Virus record (IMG/VR): IMGVR_UViG_3300049728_000011 | Location: 1-47,420 of that record | Origin: a virus | DNA length: 47,420 nt | Strand: one strand, 5' to 3' | Shown here: positions 1 to 7,636 of the stretch, in pieces | Layout of the letters: every line of letters begins with the position of its first letter | Numbering within the stretch: the first letter of the stretch is position 1 | Made by a program: the position numbers and the translations under genes | Notes under the pieces: model-generated | What the model was told of the DNA's origin: nothing | The model's input: only the letters and a program-made list of their open reading frames with translations | Database searches by the model: none

Positions 1-127
1 AACTCTGTATTCTCCTTCTGTATTTATTATATATTATTAATATTTTATTTAACTACTATACTAAGAAACAGCTACAGAATGCGGGTTGTAGGCTTATTCA
101 AAAGTACGGAGGGAGATAGTTGTCAAA
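1..127. repeat. Exact terminal redundancy of the window (1-127 identical to 47294-47420), giving circular closure or an assembly overlap
   Basis: Base-by-base comparison of the first and last 127 nt shows identity, which implies a 47,293-bp circular unit. Confidence 0.9.
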
Positions 128-263
128 GTACTACTCCCTCCGTACTTCTGTAATTTCCATGTTGCAGCGCACAATAATAAATTAATACTATGACAACAGA
201 GTACGGAGGGAGAAACAAACTTCTGCCGTACCGGTACGGAAGCTACTGCAAATGAAATAAGTC
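1..263. repeat. Hub repeat copy A, right part (continues from 47169-47293 across the circular junction)
   Basis: Aligns with 24680-24942 with about 12 mismatches. Contains the AT-rich core (21-60), GTACGGAGGGAG boxes at 104-115, 134-145 (inverted) and 201-212, the palindrome CCGTACCGGTACGG at 226-239, and the mini-ORF ATG AAA TAA at 252-260. Confidence 0.85.
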
Positions 264-337
264 GCAGGTTGTCTAACCGATAACTCGATAGCACGTCACT
301 ATCGCCAATAGGCAATCAATTGCGTTACACTGCGCTT

Positions 338-826
338 ATGGCAAAACTCGAACCCGTCCACGCGTCACTTGTGGCTGATCTGGTCGACCTCATCAATTCG
401 AACCTGACCGATTTGCTCAAAGTTCGCACTGTTACGTGCGGCGACTGCCACGGGCGTGGCACCGTCGGCGGTGAGACACGTTCGGACGGCAGCATTTCTG
501 ACGATGGCACACTGGCGACGTGTGCGACGTGTGGCGGGGTTGGTGCCGTTGAGCGGTATGAGATTGATCATGCCGCACTGAAGACCTACAAATACGGGCG
601 GTACGTAGAGGGCTTCGAAGTCAAGCAAGGTGTTGTCGTGCCTAAATTTCGATCTAAAACAAATGCGTTCAACACGTTAACTAAATTGCTCGGATTCGAT
701 AAAGCCGTGGTCGAGATTTCAAACGGGGCAACTTTGTCGCAAACCATTTCCGAAGAGCAAAAAGCGCAGTACGTCGAACAGTTGAAAGAATTGGCGACCA
801 TGGGCTTGCTGGATGGTGGCAAATGA
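338..826 (+). CDS. terS: Terminase small subunit candidate carrying two CxxCxGxG (DnaJ-type) zinc-finger motifs
   Basis: The ORF is directly upstream of terL and overlaps it by ATGA. The C-terminal KTNAFNTLTKLLGFDK segment resembles TerS proteins. ATG 338 is preferred over the TTG at 320 used by the track. Confidence 0.6.
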   Translation: MAKLEPVHASLVADLVDLINSNLTDLLKVRTVTCGDCHGRGTVGGETRSDGSISDDGTLATCATCGGVGAVERYEIDHAALKTYKYGRYVEGFEVKQGVVVPKFRSKTNAFNTLTKLLGFDKAVVEISNGATLSQTISEEQKAQYVEQLKELATMGLLDGGK

Positions 827-2280
827 ATGCGCGTGTTGAACTCGATCCGTTGCAGTTCTTGATCCAAGAGTCGCGCACGAACTTTGCTGCGTTTGTATCG
901 CTTCTGCATCGTCCACGTTTTAAGCATTCCGGCTTTTCGGTCGAGGTGTGCAAAGCGATTGACGCGTTTGTCGCTGACGTGATCGCAGGCAAGCGGCCCG
1001 TACTCATGCTTACCGCGCCCCCTCAGCATGGCAAAAGTTCTTTAATTTCGCGCTGCCTGCCTCCTTACCTTTTTGGAAGATTGCACGGTCACTTACCTGC
1101 AGTTCGCATTGCGGGTGCGAGTTACGCGTTAGCACTAGCCCGGCGCAACACGCGCGATGCGAGATCAATCATGGGCGAACCGATCTACCGTGAAGTGTTT
1201 CCTGCTGCATCATTAATCGGGTTTAAAGGTGTTGACAATTCAGACGGGTTTGACGTGCCTAACGGGGGTTTGCGGGGTGTTGGCGTGGGCGGCTCCCTTA
1301 CCGGCTTCAGTATTGACGTGGGGATCGTTGACGATGCCACACGCGATGCACAAGCAGCATTGTCGCCAGTCGTACAAGACGGGTTAGAAGCTTGGTACGA
1401 ATCGGTTTTGATGACACGCTTACAGGCCCGGTCAGGCACGGTCATTATCGGTACGCCATGGTCGGCTAATGACTTGCTAGCCCGTGTGCGGCGCAAGATG
1501 GATACTGATCAGCGATTCACGTTATTGTCGTTTCCTGCGCTCAACAAACCTACAGAGATCGGTTACAACCCGGATTTACCGGAGGGCGCGCTTGTGCCGT
1601 ACTTGCACGACGAGACCAAGCTATTAGAAATGAAAAAACACATGTCGGAATTTTGGTGGTCGGCCATGTTTCAGCAAGTGCCGCTGTCGGAATTCGGGGC
1701 AATTTTCAAGAAGCAGTACTTACAATACTACCGGCGCGCTGATTTGCCCACTAATTTCCAGCGGCTAGTTATCAGCGTCGATGCAACGTTCAAAGACGGG
1801 CAGGCAAGCGATTACGTCTGTGCGGGCGTGTGGGGCTTCACACATGCCGACCAGCGCGCTTGGCTCTTGGATTTCAGACGGGCTAAACTCGCTTTCATGG
1901 CAACGGCACAAGCTATTACCGACCTAAAGCAGAAGCACCCCCGCGTATCGCGTATTTACATCGAAGACGCGGCTAATGGTGCGGCGTTGATCGACATGTT
2001 GCGCAAACACTTTGCAGGGCTTGAAGGCGTGCCACCTCTGGGCAGCAAAGAAGCCCGCGCCGCAGCCGTGTCGTGGGCGTGGGAAAATGGGCAAGTTATG
2101 CTCCCCCATCCAGACGAAGTGCCGGGCATTACGCCACTCGTTGCGGAAATTACGACTTTCCCCGACACGACGACAGGCCACGACGACGCAGTAGACATGA
2201 TGACCATTGCCTTGCATCAGTTAATGCTACGTTCGCCGATAGCGAGTATGATTACAAAAGATATTCTTAATCGAGTGTAA
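823..2280 (+). CDS. terL: Terminase large subunit
   Basis: Walker A-like APPQHGKS, a GTPWSANDL motif, and a C-terminal nuclease-type GHDDAVDM motif. It sits between terS and the portal gene. Confidence 0.92.
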   Translation: MNARVELDPLQFLIQESRTNFAAFVSLLHRPRFKHSGFSVEVCKAIDAFVADVIAGKRPVLMLTAPPQHGKSSLISRCLPPYLFGRLHGHLPAVRIAGASYALALARRNTRDARSIMGEPIYREVFPAASLIGFKGVDNSDGFDVPNGGLRGVGVGGSLTGFSIDVGIVDDATRDAQAALSPVVQDGLEAWYESVLMTRLQARSGTVIIGTPWSANDLLARVRRKMDTDQRFTLLSFPALNKPTEIGYNPDLPEGALVPYLHDETKLLEMKKHMSEFWWSAMFQQVPLSEFGAIFKKQYLQYYRRADLPTNFQRLVISVDATFKDGQASDYVCAGVWGFTHADQRAWLLDFRRAKLAFMATAQAITDLKQKHPRVSRIYIEDAANGAALIDMLRKHFAGLEGVPPLGSKEARAAAVSWAWENGQVMLPHPDEVPGITPLVAEITTFPDTTTGHDDAVDMMTIALHQLMLRSPIASMITKDILNRV

Positions 2281-2282
2281 CT

Positions 2283-3953
2283 ATGTCACGACGCAAACAC
2301 GCAACGAAACGCATTGCAAAAACTGCACCGCGCCCAGCTGAACCGGTTGTGGCCGACGACAAATACGCACGCCGTGCAGCGATGCGCGCCGCAGTTGACG
2401 CGTTGGGCGAACCGACTAGCCCGTCGCTGCAATCCGCGCAACGCTACGAAACGAACAACGCGCACTATTCGAACAACGAGCGCAAAGCCGCAGAACATGC
2501 GATGGACTTTAATGGCGCAGCCGCTAACGCGCTGACGTTTGTATCGCGCACAGGCTTTCCGGGTTTCCCTACGTTGGCGCTGCTGTCTCAGTTGCCAGAA
2601 TATCGCACCATGCACGAAACGTTAGCCGATGAATGCGTGCGCAAGTGGGGATACGTCAAAGCAGCAGACGACACCGATCCCGCGTTGCTGGAACAAATTG
2701 AGTCAGAACTGAAACGCATTAACTTACGGGAAGTGGTGCGCCAGTTGGTCGTTCATGATCAATCTTTCGGGGGTGGACACGTCTATTTCAAACTGAAGAA
2801 CGACGAGCAATTCCGGGATACGCCACTCGTATTGCGCCCTTATACGGTCAAGAAAGGCTCTTTTGAGGGTCTGCGCGTGGTGGAACCGTATTGGGTGACG
2901 CCGAACTACTACAATTCGATCGACCCTACCGCAGCGGATTTTTACAAGCCTTCGTCGTGGTGGATGCTCGGCACGGAAGTACACGCGACCCGGCTAGAAA
3001 CGATCGTCAGCCGCCCTGTACCAGACATGCTCAAACCCACGTATTCATTCCGTGGCATTTCAATGACGCAGCTTGCCGCCGAATATGTCGATAACTGGCT
3101 GCGCACTCGGCAATCCGTGAGCGATACCGTCAAGCAATTCTCTATTACGGGGGTGCGCACGGACATGCAGCAGATGCTGCAACCCGGCGGCGCGATGGAT
3201 TTAGCTGCACGCGCAGACTTGTTCAACCGCGCGCGCGACAATCGCAACATCGCGTTTCTCGACATGGCAACAGAAGAGTTCTTCCAACTCAACACGCCGT
3301 TGTCAGGACTGGACGCACTGCAAGCCCAGTCACAGGAGCAAATGGCGGCAGTGTCGCACACGCCGTTAGTGAAGCTACTAGGGGTTACACCTACCGGGTT
3401 AAACGCTTCTAGCGATGGTGAAGTTCGCGTCTGGTACGATCACGTAGCAGGTTACCAAGCAAACACGCTGACCGCGTTAATGCAAACCGTTTTGCGTATT
3501 GTTCAACTGTCTCTATTTGGCAACATTGACGAATCTATTTTCTTTGAGTGGGAACAACTGCACGAACTGACCGAGTTGGAAGATGCCGAGCGCCAAAAAC
3601 ACGAAGCAGAAACCGATGCAATCTATATCGAGCAGCAAGTCATTACTCCGCAGCAAGTAGCCGAGCGTCTCGACAACGATCTGGGCAGCATGTACTCCGG
3701 GACATTGGTGGCCGACACGCTGGAAGAAACCCCGGACGACGACATACAAGGCATCACTGAACATATCCTGAAAATCGGCAACGAACAGCCGGGGCAAGAA
3801 ACGAGCGCACCCGCTGCGACTGGTGGCGAAGGTTACACGGCAAATGGCGGTCCAGTCGACCCCGCCGAAGTGGACCCCGACTCTTTAGCACAGTTGACGG
3901 AAATGGGGCAGGCTGTGATGGAAAATCAGGTTGACAAGCAATCGTCGCAATAA
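2283..3953 (+). CDS. Portal protein (DUF1073-like)
   Basis: 556 aa, immediately after terL, with an acidic C-terminus. The sequence pattern resembles DUF1073-type portals (from memory). Confidence 0.85.
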   Translation: MSRRKHATKRIAKTAPRPAEPVVADDKYARRAAMRAAVDALGEPTSPSLQSAQRYETNNAHYSNNERKAAEHAMDFNGAAANALTFVSRTGFPGFPTLALLSQLPEYRTMHETLADECVRKWGYVKAADDTDPALLEQIESELKRINLREVVRQLVVHDQSFGGGHVYFKLKNDEQFRDTPLVLRPYTVKKGSFEGLRVVEPYWVTPNYYNSIDPTAADFYKPSSWWMLGTEVHATRLETIVSRPVPDMLKPTYSFRGISMTQLAAEYVDNWLRTRQSVSDTVKQFSITGVRTDMQQMLQPGGAMDLAARADLFNRARDNRNIAFLDMATEEFFQLNTPLSGLDALQAQSQEQMAAVSHTPLVKLLGVTPTGLNASSDGEVRVWYDHVAGYQANTLTALMQTVLRIVQLSLFGNIDESIFFEWEQLHELTELEDAERQKHEAETDAIYIEQQVITPQQVAERLDNDLGSMYSGTLVADTLEETPDDDIQGITEHILKIGNEQPGQETSAPAATGGEGYTANGGPVDPAEVDPDSLAQLTEMGQAVMENQVDKQSSQ

Positions 3954-4873
3954 TGGAACTGCGCGCACCCGGCAAGCGGGACATCAAACTTCCCGCAGTA
4001 GAAACTAACTTTCAAGTCGAGTTGTTCTACAAGCAGGCATTGAGCAAAGCGGTAGCTAACATGACCGCTTCTTATGAGTATTGGCTCGCCATGCGGTTCA
4101 AGAAAGCTAAAGACGCGAACGTAGAAGCCGGGCTGCTACCCGACATTGCACAAGATGCCGACACGCCACGCAAAGCCACGCGCAAGCTCTTTGGCGAGAT
4201 TGGCCGACTGCATGATTACTGGCAAAACTACTTTGACGACTTTGCCAACAAGTTAGCTAAACAGATGGCGGGTAAGTGGCACGACAGCAATTCCCGTTCG
4301 TGGCGCGGCAAGTTGGGCAACGCTGGGTTTGACATCAAGATGCAAGTCACTCCTGCGCAAAAACTGATCCTTGATATCAAGATCAAGGAAAACGTCGCGC
4401 TGATTAAGTCGATCCAGCAAGACTATCACAAGAACATCGAAGGGATCGTGACGCGTAATTTCCTCGCCGGGCGGGACTTGTCCACCATGGCGGACGCGAT
4501 CAAAAAAACCGGGGGCGTATCAACACGCCGCGCCGCGCTAATTGCGCGTGACCAGTCGAACAAAGCTACGGCGCAGCTCAACAGTTCTCGCCAACGCGAG
4601 ATTGGCGTAACGTGGGCCATGTGGCAGCATTCCAGCGCAGGCAAAGAGCCGCGTCCTGAGCACGTGCGCGCGGGGCGTGAGCACTGGTTTTACCGCATTG
4701 ACCGGGGTATCGATTTTGGGGACTCGTTTGGTGAAGTTTTACCCGGCGAAGCAATTAATTGCCGCTGCACAGGTCGAAGTGTGATACCTGCATTGAACCG
4801 TTTACCTGCCGGGTTTGACGAGTCGAAGCTAGTTGAAGTGCCGGGTTTCCCCGGCGCTTACAAAATGCCATAA
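3953..4873 (+). CDS. Head morphogenesis protein (Mu F / SPP1 gp7 family)
   Basis: C-terminal PEHVRAGREHWFY...GEAINCRC pattern typical of Mu F-like minor head proteins. Its start overlaps the portal stop. Confidence 0.85.
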   Translation: MELRAPGKRDIKLPAVETNFQVELFYKQALSKAVANMTASYEYWLAMRFKKAKDANVEAGLLPDIAQDADTPRKATRKLFGEIGRLHDYWQNYFDDFANKLAKQMAGKWHDSNSRSWRGKLGNAGFDIKMQVTPAQKLILDIKIKENVALIKSIQQDYHKNIEGIVTRNFLAGRDLSTMADAIKKTGGVSTRRAALIARDQSNKATAQLNSSRQREIGVTWAMWQHSSAGKEPRPEHVRAGREHWFYRIDRGIDFGDSFGEVLPGEAINCRCTGRSVIPALNRLPAGFDESKLVEVPGFPGAYKMP

Positions 4874-4874
4874 G

Positions 4875-5345
4875 CTACACTCGCTCAACCAGTTCACAAA
4901 CCCGGCGCAGTTCGCGTTCCTGCGCAGTTCGCGCCGCAGCCCACGCATCGTCCGCAGCATCCCACGCAGCAGCATTTGCAGTCCCCGCAACATCCGCAGC
5001 AGCCCACGCAGCAACATTTGCAGCCTCAGCAGCAGCCCACGCAGCCTCCGCACCATCACCATTTGCAAAGCGTTCAGCGACGTCAAGCGCGTCAAGGCTG
5101 CGTTGATCTGTCATCAAATGCTGCACCTGCCTAGCGCACCAGACCGCATAGAGCCTAATCTCGCGTTCATGACCTTCTACAGCACGCAAACACCACAACG
5201 CATCCTCTAAACCGTTGCTATCCAAAATCTGAATGATGGAAACGGGTTCGTCATCGGCTTTCGTTTTACCTAGTGTGCGCAATAGCTTTTCCCAGCCATC
5301 AGCGCAAGGGCCGTGCTCTCTTATTTTGTTTAATGTGGTTTTCAT
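4875..5345 (-). CDS. Hypothetical protein with C-terminal degenerate AAW(A/D)AA repeats
   Basis: 156-aa ORF preceded by the conserved AACAGGAGCTAAACAA ribosome-binding sequence. It converges on the head morphogenesis gene. Confidence 0.7.
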   Translation of the reverse strand: MKTTLNKIREHGPCADGWEKLLRTLGKTKADDEPVSIIQILDSNGLEDALWCLRAVEGHEREIRLYAVWCARQVQHLMTDQRSLDALDVAERFANGDGAEAAWAAAEAANVAAWAAADVAGTANAAAWDAADDAWAAARTAQERELRRVCELVERV

Positions 5346-5349
5346 TTGT

Positions 5350-5535
5350 TTAGCTCCTGTTTAATCTTGCTCTTTGCTGCCAACAATCTACGGCATCGTT
5401 CACGGTTTGTTTCGGTAGCGTAGATACCCCGCAACGCAAACAAGCAATATAAAACCAGTATGCGTTAGCGGTAATCTTCGTTTGCAGCTCAGCGCGTCCC
5501 TCGCAAAAAGGGCAAAGTTTAAAATTTGTGTTCAT
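5350..5535 (-). CDS. Lar-like zinc-ribbon protein (restriction-alleviation family candidate)
   Basis: CPFCEG...C..CG...A...W pattern. ATG 5535 overlaps the upstream stop as ATGA. The track starts at a GTG at 5547. Confidence 0.6.
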   Translation of the reverse strand: MNTNFKLCPFCEGRAELQTKITANAYWFYIACLRCGVSTLPKQTVNDAVDCWQQRARLNRS

Positions 5536-5708
5536 TTTACTTTCCACACTTTCCAGCCTTCGCGCATATGCTTGTTAGCTTGCCGATTATCTAAATTTGC
5601 TCCTGTAACCCATTCGCCGTCTTTATAGCCGCACCAAACAATGCGATACGGAAAATACTGTTTCAATCGAGCTAATTCGGTTTCTATATTATTTGGCATT
5701 TCAAGCAT
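5532..5708 (-). CDS. Hypothetical 58-aa protein
   Basis: My own translation gives MLEMPNNIETELARLKQYFPYRIVWCGYKDGEWVTGANLDNRQANKHMREGWKVWKVK. GGAG lies 7 nt upstream, and it is the first gene behind promoter-cassette copy 1. It falls below the 60-aa track cutoff. Confidence 0.5.
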   Translation of the reverse strand: MLEMPNNIETELARLKQYFPYRIVWCGYKDGEWVTGANLDNRQANKHMREGWKVWKVK

Positions 5709-5740
5709 TTCATTTCTCCGTTTCGTTTGTCGATGTAGGT

Positions 5741-5769
5741 ATATTAAGCTAACGTAAGGGCAAAGTAAA
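5741..5769 (-). promoter_or_regulatory. Sigma70-type promoter TTTACT-17-TAATAT (cassette copy 1)
   Basis: On the minus strand the -35 is at 5764-5769 and the -10 at 5741-5746. It lies inside the cassette 5715-5784. Confidence 0.5.
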
Positions 5770-5783
5770 GACCTTTTCGTAAA

Positions 5784-6044
5784 TCAACGGAAATAGGTAA
5801 TGCCATTGTCGCACGTCCACCCATTTTGGCTAGGGGTTAAACCCGTGACGATTGCTACACTTCCGTTTGTGCCCACACCCACAGCGGTAAAAGCTTGGCT
5901 TTCTTTAACTGTGGTAATTTTGCAGTTGTGCTCAACTTTAAATGTTTGCCATGTTTGCTCTTCCGCAGCCGCTGCCCGCCAGACTACGCAAAATAGCGCC
6001 GCGAATAGCAATGTGATTAGCGTGCCGCCCAGTAGTTGTCCCAT
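5784..6044 (-). CDS. Small membrane-anchored or secreted protein
   Basis: N-terminal hydrophobic segment LLGGTLITLLFAALFCVVW. It has its own promoter-cassette copy and the conserved ribosome-binding sequence. Confidence 0.65.
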   Translation of the reverse strand: MGQLLGGTLITLLFAALFCVVWRAAAAEEQTWQTFKVEHNCKITTVKESQAFTAVGVGTNGSVAIVTGLTPSQNGWTCDNGITYFR

Positions 6045-6076
6045 GTTTAGCTCCTGTTGTGTTTGTCGATGTAGGT

Positions 6077-6105
6077 ATATTAAGCTAACGTAAGGGCAAA
6101 GTAAA
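6077..6105 (-). promoter_or_regulatory. Sigma70-type promoter TTTACT-17-TAATAT (cassette copy 2)
   Basis: On the minus strand the -35 is at 6100-6105 and the -10 at 6077-6082. It lies inside the cassette 6061-6120. Confidence 0.5.
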
Positions 6106-6158
6106 GCCCTTTTCGCAAATTAGGCGATTTAATTTAACTATCGCGTTGCACACTTCGA

Positions 6159-6187
6159 TTGCACAAGCCCAAACAACGCGTTACACT
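6159..6187 (+). promoter_or_regulatory. Promoter candidate TTGCAC-17-TACACT upstream of the scaffold gene
   Basis: The hexamers are at 6159-6164 and 6182-6187. It is divergent from cassette copy 2. A similar GCGTTACACT lies at 323-331 upstream of terS. Confidence 0.4.
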
Positions 6188-6213
6188 CTGACAAACCTTT
6201 ACCCTTTGCGACC

Positions 6214-7593
6214 ATGCCCCACGTTATTTTAGCGTTTGACCGTCAGACAGCGCGATCTTTCGACGCAGACGGACGCATGCGCGTAAAGGATTGCATCCTT
6301 TCTACCGCAGAGATTAACCCGTACTACGGCAAGGAAATACCCGGCTACGAGTCGCTGGGCTTGAAACCTGAGACTGTGTACGAATTGTACCGCGACCCGG
6401 CAGAGTTAAAACGCGCGGCCGACACGTTCAACGGTTTGCCGCTGATGATCAAGCATGTGCCGCAAACTGCTGCCGACCCACGCAAAGAGTACATCGGCGG
6501 TTCTGTCCACTCAGTGCGGTTTGACGGGAAACACTTACGCGGCGATTTGTTGGTCATGGATGGGCATGCAATCGACTTGATCCAGTCTGAACAGTTGTCC
6601 GACCTGTCCTGTGGTTACCGTTACAAACCCGATATGGTATCCGGTAGCGCAGACGGTAAAAAATATGATGGCGTGATGACCGGCATCGAGGGTAATCACG
6701 TTGCATTAGTGGACGACGGACGCGCTAGTAACGCGCACGTCGCGGACGCGGCACTACAACCCCCGCAAATTTCAACCAAAGGAGCAATTGATATGGCTTT
6801 TCCTAACGAAAATGGCGCGCCGGGTGCAGGTGCTGGCGCACAACCCGGTTCGCCAGAAGGTGAACAAAACGAGCAAATGAACATGCAGGCTATCGGGCAA
6901 GCGTTGAAGCAAATTGCTACCCTCTTGCAAGATATTCATGGCAAGGTTGGCGCAAGCGCGCCACAAGTTGACACCGCAGGCGCTGACAACGTGGGCATGT
7001 CCGAGGGCGAAAACGAACCGCGTGCAGGCATGGACGAAGCCGAAGAAATGGAACGCGAGGGCGAAGCTAAAGATGAAGAGCTTTCACTCGAACCCGCCAC
7101 CAAAGAGATTAAGCTCAACGGCGGCGCGGAAGATGAATCCGTTGACACTGACGAAGGCGAAAAAGCATATCTGGATACCAAAGAGCAAGAAGGCACTCCA
7201 AACCGTGGCAACAAGACACAGTTTTCGCAAACCGGCGCGATGGATGCTAAGTCGGTGCGCAATGTAGTAGCTAACGCTGTGAAGGCCGAACGCGAACGCG
7301 CTCACGCCGCAGCGGAAGCCAAACGCGATGTCATGCACGTACTGGGCGATATCGCCATGGACGACGCCAGCGACATTTACCGCGAAGCATTGATCCAGTC
7401 CGGTATCGATGTGGCCGGTGTGCCTAAGTCCGGCATGCGCGCCATCTGGCAAGGTGTTGCGCAAGCTCGCGCACAAGTTGCAGGTGCTGCCCCACGTGCG
7501 CTAGCGCAAGGTATGGCGATGGACAGCGCGAGCAAGAACGCTACATCAGCGGTACTTTCCGCACTGGCTGCAAAAATCTCCGTCAAGGGCTAA
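6214..7593 (+). CDS. Prohead scaffold/protease-like protein (DUF2213-like N-terminus, acidic scaffold-like C-terminus)
   Basis: 459 aa, upstream of the capsid genes. It has an acidic E/D-rich centre, and the N-terminal pattern recalls DUF2213 (from memory). Confidence 0.7.
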   Translation: MPHVILAFDRQTARSFDADGRMRVKDCILSTAEINPYYGKEIPGYESLGLKPETVYELYRDPAELKRAADTFNGLPLMIKHVPQTAADPRKEYIGGSVHSVRFDGKHLRGDLLVMDGHAIDLIQSEQLSDLSCGYRYKPDMVSGSADGKKYDGVMTGIEGNHVALVDDGRASNAHVADAALQPPQISTKGAIDMAFPNENGAPGAGAGAQPGSPEGEQNEQMNMQAIGQALKQIATLLQDIHGKVGASAPQVDTAGADNVGMSEGENEPRAGMDEAEEMEREGEAKDEELSLEPATKEIKLNGGAEDESVDTDEGEKAYLDTKEQEGTPNRGNKTQFSQTGAMDAKSVRNVVANAVKAERERAHAAAEAKRDVMHVLGDIAMDDASDIYREALIQSGIDVAGVPKSGMRAIWQGVAQARAQVAGAAPRALAQGMAMDSASKNATSAVLSALAAKISVKG

Positions 7594-7636
7594 ACCCCGA
7601 GCGGATCAAACCCTGACGATTTAAGGAGAATTAACC

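Noticed and set aside
94-315. 73-aa minus-strand ORF inside hub copy A, and its 76-aa counterpart at 24773-25003 in copy B.
   Set aside because: The two copies differ almost only by non-synonymous changes (V/A, KF/ER, H/Q, I/V, L/Y, K/I, T/I), while the DNA boxes are invariant. I saw no ribosome-binding sequence. The conservation fits DNA or RNA elements and not a protein.
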